A DNA stretch of 64,000 nt from Salinispira sp. (GTDB lineage Bacteria; Spirochaetota; Spirochaetia; DSM-27196; Salinispiraceae). The stretch spans positions 1-64,000 of the forward strand of contig CBDDDG010000018.1 in NCBI GenBank assembly GCA_965226555.1. Direction: 5' to 3'. Within the stretch, counting starts at the first letter, position 1. The number at the start of each line of letters is the position of its first letter. The position numbers and the translations under genes are program-made. Shown piece by piece: positions 10,889-20,607 of this stretch. A model generated the notes under the pieces. That model was given only the letters and a program-made list of their open reading frames with translations, searched no databases and had not been told where the DNA came from.

Positions 10889-13246
10889 ATGAATAAAAAC
10901 AAAAATGAAGTCGCGCATGTCGAACTTTCCCTTCCTCCAAAACTCAGGATCATCGTTCTGCGCAGTAAACCAATTTTCCCCGGTATTCTCACCCCGCTTA
11001 TTGTTAATACACAGAGAGAAAAAAACACACTTGAAGATGCGCTCAATTCCGATACCTACATTGGTCTTGTGCTTTTAAAAAATGATGACAGCGAAAATCC
11101 GCATTTTGATGAACTCTATTCCATTGGCACCACTGCAAAAATTCTAAAAAAAATAAACCTGCCCGATGGCAGCATAAACGTCTTCATTTCCACAATTGGA
11201 CGCTTCAAAATTAAAAAATCTATTCAAAATGAACCTCACCTCATTGCGGCTGTCGAATATCCTGGCGAAAAATATGAAGAAAGCATTGAAACGCGAGCCA
11301 TGGCGCGAAGTATTTTGAGTGAAATTAAGCAAATATCGGAGGGGAACCCGCTTTTTTCCGAAGAAATGCGGCTGAATATGATTAACATTGATCATCCGGG
11401 AAAAATTGCCGATTTTGTTACGTCAATTCTTAACATTGATCCGAAGAAGCAACAGGATGTTCTTGAAACAATTGATATATATATCCGCATGGAAAAAGTT
11501 CTTGTTTTTCTGCAAAATGAGAAAGAACTTCTGCAGATACAGCGGAAAATACAAGAACAAATAAACGAAAAAATTGAAAAAAGCCAACGTGAATACTTCC
11601 TCCGCGAGCAGTTAAAGGCGGTAAAGGAGGAGCTCGGTATTGCAACCGATGCGAAGAGCGATGAGTTTCAGCGGATCAAACAGGCCATAAATTCCTATGA
11701 ATTGAGTAGCGACATTCGGGAAGAAATTGAACGGGAACTCCAAAAATTCAGTCTTATGGATCCAAATACTTCGGAGTATCATATAACCCGTAACTATCTC
11801 GATACAATTATCAGACTCCCGTGGAATGATCCTGAATCGCCTGAGCTCGATATTACCAAGGCAAAAAAAATTCTCGATGAAGACCACTACGGGCTTGAAG
11901 ATATTAAAGAACGTATTATTGAATTTCTGGCAGTTCAGAAACGGAAAAAAGATATGGGGGGGTCTATAGTTCTCCTTGTTGGTCCCCCGGGAGCGGGAAA
12001 GACAAGTATTGGAAGATCAATTGCGCGGGCGCTGGATAAAAAATTCTTTCGCTTTTCTGTCGGCGGCATGAGAGATGAAGCGGAAATTAAGGGACACCGC
12101 CGCACATACGTGGGAGCCATGCCGGGTAAAATTATTCAGGGGCTGAAAATTGTTAAAACGAAGGCTCCGGTATTTATGATCGATGAAATTGATAAACTTG
12201 CCATGCACTATCAGGGAGATCCAAGTTCTGCCCTTCTTGAGGTTCTTGATCCCGAACAGAACAATACCTTCCGCGATCACTACCTTGATCTGCCCTTTGA
12301 CATTAGCAAGGTGCTCTTTGTTATTACCGCCAATAGTACAGATACCATTCCCCGCCCCCTTCTTGATCGAATGGAGGTTATTACCCTCAGCGGTTATATT
12401 GTGGAAGAAAAAATTGTTATTGCCGAGAAATATCTTATTCCCAAGAGCTTTAAACGGAACGGACTGAGGAAAAATGAAATAAAATTTCCCCGTAAAACTC
12501 TTCGCATTATCGGCGAGGGATATGCCCGAGATGCTGGTATGCGTAATTTTGAAAAGGCAATTAATAAAATTAATCGGAAGGTACTGACAAAAATGCTCAT
12601 GACAGATGATACATCGTCATCAGCTACTATTATTACTCCCGATCTTATTACTACCTATTTGGGACAGCCGAGGTTCCATAATGAAAACCGAAAAATCTTG
12701 AAAGCAGGAATGGTTACCGGTCTTGCATGGACAGATTTCGGCGGCGATACTCTTATTATTGAAACGGCGGCAATTCCCGGGAAGGGACAGATCAAACTTA
12801 CCGGAAAAATGGGGGAGGTAATGCAGGAATCGGCAAATATCGCATATACGTGGGTAAAAAAAATGATTTTACAGGATGATACCGTTACTGAAAAAGACTT
12901 CTTTACCCGAAATACCATTCACATTCACATTCCGGCAGGGGCAATTCCAAAAGACGGACCCTCAGCCGGAATTACTATGGCAACCGCGCTTTTTTCTCTT
13001 ATTAAGGAGAAAAAACTTCGAAAAACCCTGGCCATGACAGGTGAGCTTTCTCTCAGCGGATCGGTGCTCCCCGTTGGCGGACTCAAGGAAAAAATTATCG
13101 CTGCAAAACGGTCAAAAATACGGGAAATAATGTATCCTGCCGCAAATACACAGGATATTTTGGAAATACCTGAGCAGGTTAAGCGGGGAATCCAATTTTA
13201 TCCGGTTGAGCACATGGATCAGGTTTTGCAACGGCTTTTTCAGTGA
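10889..13246 (+). CDS. lon: ATP-dependent Lon protease
   Basis: GPPGAGKTS, DEAEIKGHRRTYVGAMPG and PKDGPSAG. Confidence 0.98.
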   Translation: MNKNKNEVAHVELSLPPKLRIIVLRSKPIFPGILTPLIVNTQREKNTLEDALNSDTYIGLVLLKNDDSENPHFDELYSIGTTAKILKKINLPDGSINVFISTIGRFKIKKSIQNEPHLIAAVEYPGEKYEESIETRAMARSILSEIKQISEGNPLFSEEMRLNMINIDHPGKIADFVTSILNIDPKKQQDVLETIDIYIRMEKVLVFLQNEKELLQIQRKIQEQINEKIEKSQREYFLREQLKAVKEELGIATDAKSDEFQRIKQAINSYELSSDIREEIERELQKFSLMDPNTSEYHITRNYLDTIIRLPWNDPESPELDITKAKKILDEDHYGLEDIKERIIEFLAVQKRKKDMGGSIVLLVGPPGAGKTSIGRSIARALDKKFFRFSVGGMRDEAEIKGHRRTYVGAMPGKIIQGLKIVKTKAPVFMIDEIDKLAMHYQGDPSSALLEVLDPEQNNTFRDHYLDLPFDISKVLFVITANSTDTIPRPLLDRMEVITLSGYIVEEKIVIAEKYLIPKSFKRNGLRKNEIKFPRKTLRIIGEGYARDAGMRNFEKAINKINRKVLTKMLMTDDTSSSATIITPDLITTYLGQPRFHNENRKILKAGMVTGLAWTDFGGDTLIIETAAIPGKGQIKLTGKMGEVMQESANIAYTWVKKMILQDDTVTEKDFFTRNTIHIHIPAGAIPKDGPSAGITMATALFSLIKEKKLRKTLAMTGELSLSGSVLPVGGLKEKIIAAKRSKIREIMYPAANTQDILEIPEQVKRGIQFYPVEHMDQVLQRLFQ

Positions 13247-14202
13247 ATATACAGCGCATCGGAATTGCCATTAGTGCCATGAGTATTACATCGATATTGA
13301 TACTACTCGCCGCCTATATTATTACTGCCCTTCCCGCCGGTTCAGAAAACGCCCAAAACGCCCAGCCGGAAAACACCCAAGCCGCCCAGCCGGAGAGCAC
13401 CTTCATACATCCGCATTTTACCTTCACCAGAGAATCGCTGACGGCGCGTGTTCAAAACACACTACACATTCTTTCGGCGCATATACTGCGCAGCGATCGG
13501 GAAAAAATAATAGGGGCAATTGAACAGAAGCCGGAGGTATTTCTGGAATACCTTTCGATCATGCTCCAGGAACCCGATCAGATATTATTTGCCCTTGTCG
13601 ATAAGGAACATGCCCTTCCGCACGATTACGAACCGCCGGATTTAGTTGAACTCAATGAATACCCTGAACTGGAACTCAACAAGGCAGGAATGCAGCTCCG
13701 ACGGAAAATGATGTCTCCGCTTATTGATATGTCGGAATCGGCCAGGGAAGAGGGTATTGTTCTGCGTATATCGAGCGCGTACAGGGCATATACATATCAG
13801 GAGGGTCTCTTCGAACGCCATGTGTCGGAGCTTGGCCTTCAGGAAGCGCAGCGGGTGAGCGCGCGAGCCGGAACAAGCCAGCATCAGCTCGGGCTTGCTG
13901 TCGATTTTGGATCAATTACCCCCCAATTTGCGGATCATCCGGCCGGTATATGGCTTGCGGAGAACGGGAGGAACTTTGGTTTCAGCCTATCGTATCCGCA
14001 AAACTACGAAGAAACTACCGGTTATTCATATGAACCATGGCATTTCCGCTATCTTGGAAAAGATGTCCTGAATCTGCAAAAAGAATTTTTTGCCGATATC
14101 CAGCAGTATCTTCTCCTCTTTTATCACCAGACATATGAAACTTTACGCGAAAGTTTTTCAGTTGCAAAACGTTCTCCAAAATGCGAGAATGCTCAGCAAT
14201 GA
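13243..14202 (+). CDS. M15B D-Ala-D-Ala carboxypeptidase (VanY-like)
   Basis: SAYR, SQHQLGLAVD and EPWHFRY; N-terminal TM segment. Confidence 0.9.
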   Translation: MNIQRIGIAISAMSITSILILLAAYIITALPAGSENAQNAQPENTQAAQPESTFIHPHFTFTRESLTARVQNTLHILSAHILRSDREKIIGAIEQKPEVFLEYLSIMLQEPDQILFALVDKEHALPHDYEPPDLVELNEYPELELNKAGMQLRRKMMSPLIDMSESAREEGIVLRISSAYRAYTYQEGLFERHVSELGLQEAQRVSARAGTSQHQLGLAVDFGSITPQFADHPAGIWLAENGRNFGFSLSYPQNYEETTGYSYEPWHFRYLGKDVLNLQKEFFADIQQYLLLFYHQTYETLRESFSVAKRSPKCENAQQ

Positions 14203-14237
14203 ATATATTGAACCCGCATTGGAGACATTGAAGTATT

Positions 14238-15545
14238 ATGGAAATTGATCAATCACTTTTAAAACGACTTGCCCTTAATCTCTCTGAGATACTCATTCCG
14301 ATATCTGAAATTAACCGTGAAACATGGTCAGTTAACGCCTGCGATCAGCACACATCGAATCCGGAATACTGGGAACGGGTCGCCGATCTGCGGAGGGGTA
14401 ACCCGAGCACCTACGATCTCATACTTCCTGAAGCATATCTCTCCGGGGACGATGAGGAATGTATCAACACCATTCAGAAGACCATGAAAAATTACCTTCA
14501 GAAAAAGTACTTCTATAGCAAAAAACAGGGCTTAGTGTACATACAACGGTATACGCAGCTATCAGGGCTCCGTCAGGGAATTATCGCATCCATTGATCTT
14601 GAGCAATATGAATTTTCTCCCGATCGGAAAAGTCTCATCAGGGCAACGGAAAAAATTATTCCCGAGCGCATATTGCCGCGTAAAAAAATTCGGCAGAATG
14701 CCGAACTGGAGCTTTCACATAGTATTCTGCTCATTGCGGATAAAAAGCAGCACGTTATTGAATCGTTGAAGCACAAAACACAGATAATGGAAAAAATCTA
14801 CGATTTCGAACTTATGATGAATGGCGGACAGCTAAAGGGCTATTGGCTTGATGATCCGGAAACAATTAATACAATGCTTCAGAATCTTTCTCAACTTCCC
14901 ATTGATGAGACCACCTCGCCCGATTCGCCGTTTCTGTTTGCCGTGGGCGATGGAAACCATAGTCTTGCGGCGGCAAAGGAGCTGTGGGAAGATATTCGCG
15001 ACAATCAACTCACAAATGACCCTGAAAAACGGGAAAACCACCCTGCCCGCTATGCAATGGTTGAAATTATAAACATTTATAATTCAGGAATTTCGCTTGA
15101 ATCTATTAACCGCTGCCTCTTTAACATTGATCCGAATGATTTTTTTGCCCTGCTCACCGAGCGTAAAATTCCCTATAAGCAGGTATTGTCGGATTTTAAA
15201 GAAGCGCTTTCATGGCATCAGAACGGCGCCCTCATGTATTCACAGAAAAAATGGTATCTCATAGAAAACTTCGGCGAAGGCCTCATCTGCGAGACCATTG
15301 ACCGCTTACTCGATACCTGCCAGAAGACATACCCCGGAACAAAAATTGATTACATACATGGATGGGATCACACGCGGGAATTGGCGGACGCATCGGCAGA
15401 CCGCGTGAGTATATTCTTTAACCCTTTACGGCATGAGGAACTGTTTGCTCTTGTCGCAAAGCATGGGGTATTGCCCCGTAAAGCTTTCAGCATTGGTACC
15501 ACCGAAGAAAAACGCTATTACTTTGAAGCCCGGAGAATACAATAA
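14238..15545 (+). CDS. DUF1015 family protein
   Basis: IRATE, AVGDGNHSLAAAK and LPRKAFSIG..EKRYYFEAR. Confidence 0.85.
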   Translation: MEIDQSLLKRLALNLSEILIPISEINRETWSVNACDQHTSNPEYWERVADLRRGNPSTYDLILPEAYLSGDDEECINTIQKTMKNYLQKKYFYSKKQGLVYIQRYTQLSGLRQGIIASIDLEQYEFSPDRKSLIRATEKIIPERILPRKKIRQNAELELSHSILLIADKKQHVIESLKHKTQIMEKIYDFELMMNGGQLKGYWLDDPETINTMLQNLSQLPIDETTSPDSPFLFAVGDGNHSLAAAKELWEDIRDNQLTNDPEKRENHPARYAMVEIINIYNSGISLESINRCLFNIDPNDFFALLTERKIPYKQVLSDFKEALSWHQNGALMYSQKKWYLIENFGEGLICETIDRLLDTCQKTYPGTKIDYIHGWDHTRELADASADRVSIFFNPLRHEELFALVAKHGVLPRKAFSIGTTEEKRYYFEARRIQ

Positions 15546-16009
15546 GATATATTTTGCGATGGTTCATGCTCATCGTTTCTGCGGGAAGATGGGAGAGGAG
15601 ATCTGCTATTCAGAGCAAAAAGCACGAAAATGACAACAAGAGAAAAGCTCAATGATATGCTCCGTATAATTACCCGCTGCTGGCTTTCTGTTCTGCGCAT
15701 GAGCAGAATTTCACCGGGGCTCAGGGCACTCAGATCGCGTTCCCGCGGATATACCTGAATTATTTCGTCTTCCGGAAACACCATTCCGATCCGGTATCCT
15801 TCAAGAACGAGCCGGGATTCATCATCCTGAAGTTGATAATACAATGCCTCAAGTTCCTTATTTTTCTGCATTAATTGCTGCACATTTTCTTCCACATGCG
15901 TTTTATATGTTTCAAGTTCCCGTAATTCTGCGGGAACATGAAGAAGCAATAAGAGAACATTGAGCGTAATACCCAGTAATACCGCCGCAAGCAGATATGA
16001 AAACCTCAT
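15518..16009 (-). CDS. Septum formation initiator (FtsB/DivIC-like)
   Basis: TM plus coiled coil plus IGMVFPEDEII; start chosen at ATG 16009. Confidence 0.55.
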   Translation of the reverse strand: MRFSYLLAAVLLGITLNVLLLLLHVPAELRELETYKTHVEENVQQLMQKNKELEALYYQLQDDESRLVLEGYRIGMVFPEDEIIQVYPRERDLSALSPGEILLMRRTESQQRVIIRSISLSFSLVVIFVLFALNSRSPLPSSRRNDEHEPSQNISYCILRASK

Positions 16010-16232
16010 CTCCCTGTGATTAACGGTTAGCAATGCGCATAACTTTATCAATGCAAAAATTTCTCTTGGTTTTTATATGAGAAACCTTTGCACATCATCG
16101 GGGATAATGGTATTTTGAAGAAAATTCACACAGAGAGCTGGGAATGAGCAATCGGGTTGTATTGCGCGCTGTCCGGCGCTGAAACGCTTCGATAGCCTGT
16201 ATGAACTGATCAATTGGAAGGAAATTGGGGAG

Positions 16233-16886
16233 ATGCTCTGTGCTATCAACAACAAATCGATGGGCGCGAAAGGATATCATCCGGTTATGATGTTCAAAGT
16301 GCTGTTGCTGCAATCTTGGCAGAATCTCAGCGATGAAGGCATGGAAAATGCTCTTGCCTGCGACTTGGCATACAAGCGTTTTGTGGGGATCAATGTTCTC
16401 GATGATACTCCCGATCATTCCACGATATGGCGGTTTCGGGAACAACTGACCCGTAAGAATATTCTCAGCGCGCTCTTGGACACGGTAAATGCGCAGTTGG
16501 ACACGCAGGATTGTGAAGTGCACAGGGGCGCAGTCAGCATAATTGATGCGAGTGTGATACAGGCTTCGCGGCATCGGAAGAAAAAAAATGACGCAGGAGA
16601 ATCGACACAGGATCCTGAAGCGGCCTACGCGAGTAAGAAGGGAGGCGATGGAACGGTACGAACAACCTACGGTTTCAAGATACACGTGACGGTAAATGAG
16701 ACGGTGGAGCGGTTTTTTGGTCTGAGCAAACTCCATTGCGGCGCAAGAAAGGCGCGGTATATGGGAGTTCAGAGGAATCAGAGTCGGTTTATGTGTATGG
16801 CGATTATGTATAATCTGAAACAGATGATCGGCATGAAACGGCGAATGGGGAACATGGCGCCGGAAAACTCTGCGGTTGCGGCATAA
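16233..16886 (+). pseudogene. IS5 transposase with three in-frame deletions
   Basis: Near-identical to 62320-63336 but lacks the SD/start and the YADAAY catalytic segment. Confidence 0.9.
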
Positions 16887-16968
16887 CAACAGGATAGCTG
16901 TGCCCTTATGGCGGTACTGCTGCCGGAAATGAGGGAAATACTGAAAAAAAGAATGAATTTTAGAGTTT

Positions 16969-18220
16969 TGGGATATTAAGGTTTGAACAGACCCCACTTT
17001 GACCTATTATGCGATCATTTCTTCCGAGTGCCAAGCCCTCCATCGCTCAAGCGTCGGCCGTGTGAGCCGTTGCTCCATTATGATCGGCTTGAGCCGGAGA
17101 ATATCACTATCCACATCGGTATTCCGCTGCCTCAAAAGATCCAGCGGAGTCCCTTTGCGGTAGGTGTTGAACCGCCGGTAATTGAAATCTATCTGATACT
17201 CCTCGGCTTCCTTAAGAAACTCATTGAGCTTTGGATTCATCACCTGACTGTAGAACTCATCCTCAATGAGCCGGTGCGAGGACTCGACAGAACTGTTCCA
17301 TGTGCAATGCCCGGGCGGAATACGCCGATACTCGACACCCGCCTGTATGAGCGCCTGCTCAAACCCCGATGTTCGGGTTTTGCTCAGATGTCGAACGGTG
17401 AACTCTGCCCCGTTATCGGTCTGAACCGTTATGTCCTTGGCAAGGTCTCCGTCATGATTCCGCAGGTGCTCCAGCAGGTACTCGGCGAACAAGGTTGTTA
17501 CCATACTGCTCTTCTCATTGGCAAAGGCGTACCACAGAGCCCCTGTCGCCCGATCCCGGGCAGTTATCTGGTACTTCGGAACGTCTAAACACTTCTGAGA
17601 AAACCGCATAGCGGGAATGTCCGTCAGATACTTGATATCAATCTGAATGCACTCGCCGAACTTCATCCTGTCGGTTACCTCCCGCAAATCTCTCTTGGGC
17701 CGCGCCTTCGGCTTCTTTGTTTTCTGCGCCCCTATCTGCTTTAGCGTCTTGATAATCGTCGGCAGGCTGTACTTCCCGCCAACTTCCGCCTTCAACTGCT
17801 TTTGCACCTGCGTTCCAATGATTTTGTTGTGATTCCGATTCTTGGTCTGGACAAGACTCTCGAGATGACACCGGTGCCCGAATTTCATCTTCATCGGATG
17901 ATTGGTCGTGCCCCGCTTTTTGTCTTCAAGCCCCTCGCCGGATTCAAAGCGCCGAACCCACCGCCGCACCGTGTTGCGCGACACCTCGAACTCCCGAGCA
18001 GCCGCCTTGATCGAATGCTCCTGGGCATACCGAACCATCCGCAACCGCCAATCATACATCGAAGCCGCCTGATACTTCCGAGACTTGAGATGATACTGAG
18101 AATATGTGATACTACTGTTCACTGTTTCCCTCCTTTTATGTTTTATACAACCCCCAGTGTATACGAATAACCTTCGTTTTACACTGGGGAGGAGGGGTCT
18201 GTCCAAAGGTTTATATCCCA
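16969..18220 (-). mobile_element. IS481-family element with 15-bp TSD
   Basis: TG...CA ends; imperfect TIRs TGGGATATTAAGGTTTGAACAGACCCC / TGGGATATAAACCTTTGGACAGACCCC; TGAATTTTAGAGTTT duplicated at 16954-16968 and 18221-18235. Confidence 0.85.
17007..18122 (-). CDS. IS481-family DDE transposase
   Basis: HTH (AAAREFEVSRNTVRRWVRRF), QIDIK, QTDNGAEF and VESSH; GTG 18122 follows SD AGGAGG. Confidence 0.9.
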   Translation of the reverse strand: MNSSITYSQYHLKSRKYQAASMYDWRLRMVRYAQEHSIKAAAREFEVSRNTVRRWVRRFESGEGLEDKKRGTTNHPMKMKFGHRCHLESLVQTKNRNHNKIIGTQVQKQLKAEVGGKYSLPTIIKTLKQIGAQKTKKPKARPKRDLREVTDRMKFGECIQIDIKYLTDIPAMRFSQKCLDVPKYQITARDRATGALWYAFANEKSSMVTTLFAEYLLEHLRNHDGDLAKDITVQTDNGAEFTVRHLSKTRTSGFEQALIQAGVEYRRIPPGHCTWNSSVESSHRLIEDEFYSQVMNPKLNEFLKEAEEYQIDFNYRRFNTYRKGTPLDLLRQRNTDVDSDILRLKPIIMEQRLTRPTLERWRAWHSEEMIA

Positions 18221-18371
18221 TGAATTTTAGAGTTTTTGGTATACAAAGGGTGGAGAATAGTGTATTCTGAATCTTAAGAACCGATGAATAATTTTTTCTG
18301 CGTGGAAAAAAGACTACCGGCAGATATAATGGAGTTATTCAAAAGTTTCTATTAGCCAAGGAGGCAAAATA

Positions 18372-20012
18372 ATGAAAATTACATCATACAAAGGAACAAT
18401 CCTTTTCGCATTCTGCTCAATGTTTATTACGTTAGTCGCGGGATGCCCGATGCTGATTGCGCCGCCTTCCATGTCTGCGCCGACTCTCACAGCGGGAAAC
18501 AAACAGATTACCGCATCGTGGGTTGACCCTGCTACATGGAACTGGGGGAGCAACAGCAACGCGGACAACGATATTACCTCGTACAATCTGCGCTATCGGG
18601 AAGTCGGCAGCGAAAGCTGGAACGGGGTTAACTCCGGTATTACCGGCACAAACCATACCATTACCGAGCTGACAAACGGCGACACCTACCACGTGCAGGT
18701 GCGCGCCGTTAACGCGGGAGGCACTGGCGGCTGGTCGGCATCTTCCACGGCAACACCTATTGCGCCGCCAACTGTGCCCCCTGTCGCGCCGGGTACAATG
18801 GCTGCTCCAACCTTTGAAGTGGGGAATGGGTTGCTCATTGCCACATGGACTGCGCCAACCGATAACGGCGGCAGCCCCATTACCGGGTATGAATTGCAAT
18901 ATCGCGCAGATGACACGGAGCCATGGACGCTCACGAGCTCCGGCATTACCTGCGCACGCAGCGAGGGGCAGGCAGAAGTCTGTCAATTTTCCTTCTCATT
19001 TTACCCTCCTTCATATAGGCCACATCATTATATAGGCCACATCATTACGACAGACGGCGCCAGCTACCAACTGCGGGTACGCGCCGTCAACGCGCAGGGC
19101 AATGGCGAATGGTCTGCAACAGCAACAACAACGCTCCCTACTGTTACGGCAAAGCTTCCCGAGGGGATGGCAGCGCGCGCAATTCTTTCGGCTGAGGTTA
19201 GTACCATTATTGCCACCAATGATCTAACCGTTTCTTTGACCACGGTGGAGTCTGGCACGTACGCGGTTGATGAATCGGGAGACATTACGATAACCCCCGC
19301 AACTGCGCCCGATGGGGTCACCCCGCCGACTGTTGATTCGAGCAGCGGACTTATTACGGTTACCGCAGATACAACGGCAGGAACATATCTGGTATACGGC
19401 AGTGACACCGGAAGCACAGACATATTGTTTGCTGAGTATTTTTACGTTACCCGGAGTCCTACTACTAACGCTCAACTGAAAACAGCGGTAAATGCGGGGA
19501 TATCAAGCTGGGGCAATACTGCCAACCTCAACTACATTATTACCGCGGCAGTAAGGAATATGTCCGAGGTTTTCAGTTCATTACTCACATTCAATGGCGA
19601 TATCTCGCTCTGGGATACTGGCGCGGTAACGAATATGAGCGGGATGTTCAATAGAGCAACAGCATTCAATGGCGATATCTCGAAATGGGATACTGGCGCT
19701 GTAACGGATATGTCGCAAATGTTCCAGGTAGCAACCGTATTCAATAGCGATATCTCGAAATGGAATGTCAGATCGGTAACGGATATGTCGCAAATGTTCT
19801 ATTTAGCAACAGCATTCAATAGCAATATCTCGAAATGGAATGTCAGCTCGGTAATGAATATGTTCTTTATGTTCAATACTGCAAGCGCATTCAATCAGAA
19901 TCTTGAGGAGTGGAAGGAGCATTGGACGCTTGATGCCAATGACAAATATACCGGAAACAAAGGATCCATGTTTATGGCTTCCGGCGTAACAACAACGCCG
20001 ACATGGTATTAG
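18372..20012 (+). CDS. Surface lipoprotein with two FN3 domains and DUF285/BspA-like repeats
   Basis: Lipobox LVAGC, two VRAVNA.G.G.WS motifs, and FNGDISKWDTGAVTDMSQMF repeats (75-bp units, about 19590-19900). Confidence 0.85.
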   Translation: MKITSYKGTILFAFCSMFITLVAGCPMLIAPPSMSAPTLTAGNKQITASWVDPATWNWGSNSNADNDITSYNLRYREVGSESWNGVNSGITGTNHTITELTNGDTYHVQVRAVNAGGTGGWSASSTATPIAPPTVPPVAPGTMAAPTFEVGNGLLIATWTAPTDNGGSPITGYELQYRADDTEPWTLTSSGITCARSEGQAEVCQFSFSFYPPSYRPHHYIGHIITTDGASYQLRVRAVNAQGNGEWSATATTTLPTVTAKLPEGMAARAILSAEVSTIIATNDLTVSLTTVESGTYAVDESGDITITPATAPDGVTPPTVDSSSGLITVTADTTAGTYLVYGSDTGSTDILFAEYFYVTRSPTTNAQLKTAVNAGISSWGNTANLNYIITAAVRNMSEVFSSLLTFNGDISLWDTGAVTNMSGMFNRATAFNGDISKWDTGAVTDMSQMFQVATVFNSDISKWNVRSVTDMSQMFYLATAFNSNISKWNVSSVMNMFFMFNTASAFNQNLEEWKEHWTLDANDKYTGNKGSMFMASGVTTTPTWY

Positions 20013-20607
20013 TTTCATAGCCCATAGCCCGCAGTAACTATTGAAACGCGGCAATTCAACTCAGGCAGGCGCGGGGCTGGTCGGCGCTCCGCGCCTGCTC
20101 GCCCATGCGTCCGGGAAAATCCGTGCCTGCCTTTTTTCGATAGCTCGCCCATCCGGCTGTTGCTGGTTGGGGAGGCCGCGTCTCCTAGGCTGGTCGACGC
20201 TCCGCGCCCATGCGTCCGGGCTGCCTTTTTTCGATTGATCGCCATGCGTCTGGATCAGGCTAATATCTCATGTGGAATGCTGTCTTTGTGCTTAGCATTC
20301 ACCATTCATATTTTACCCGTCTATATGGTATGAGCGGAAAATATATCGGTATGGTACGCGCTGGAAATATGTTTTCGGGAATGCTCAGATATTCCGGGAT
20401 TTCATATACTCCTACTTCAACAAAGGCCTCGCGCGGAGCATTGTTCCGGGGAGCATGCGTCAATACACCCTATAATACAGGGCGAATTCAATCATACGCG
20501 CCCCCCATTCCCGACTCCCCGAAAAAAATTCACAAATTTTGCAAAATTCTTTCCAAAAACATAGTCAAGAATGACATTTTACCCGTCACAGATGTAGGAG
20601 GAAGAAT

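Larger units (their letters stand above)
16081..18349 (+). mobile_element. IS5-family element copy 1, internally deleted and carrying a nested IS481
   Basis: Ends GAAACCTTTGCAC...TTCAAAAGTTTC are identical to copy 2; flanks are TATGA/TATTA. Confidence 0.9.

Noticed and set aside
18230..18265. IS5 variable block resembling its own target site (guide-RNA idea)
   Set aside because: About 21/32 gapped identity in compositionally biased DNA for copy 1; no equivalent match for copy 2.
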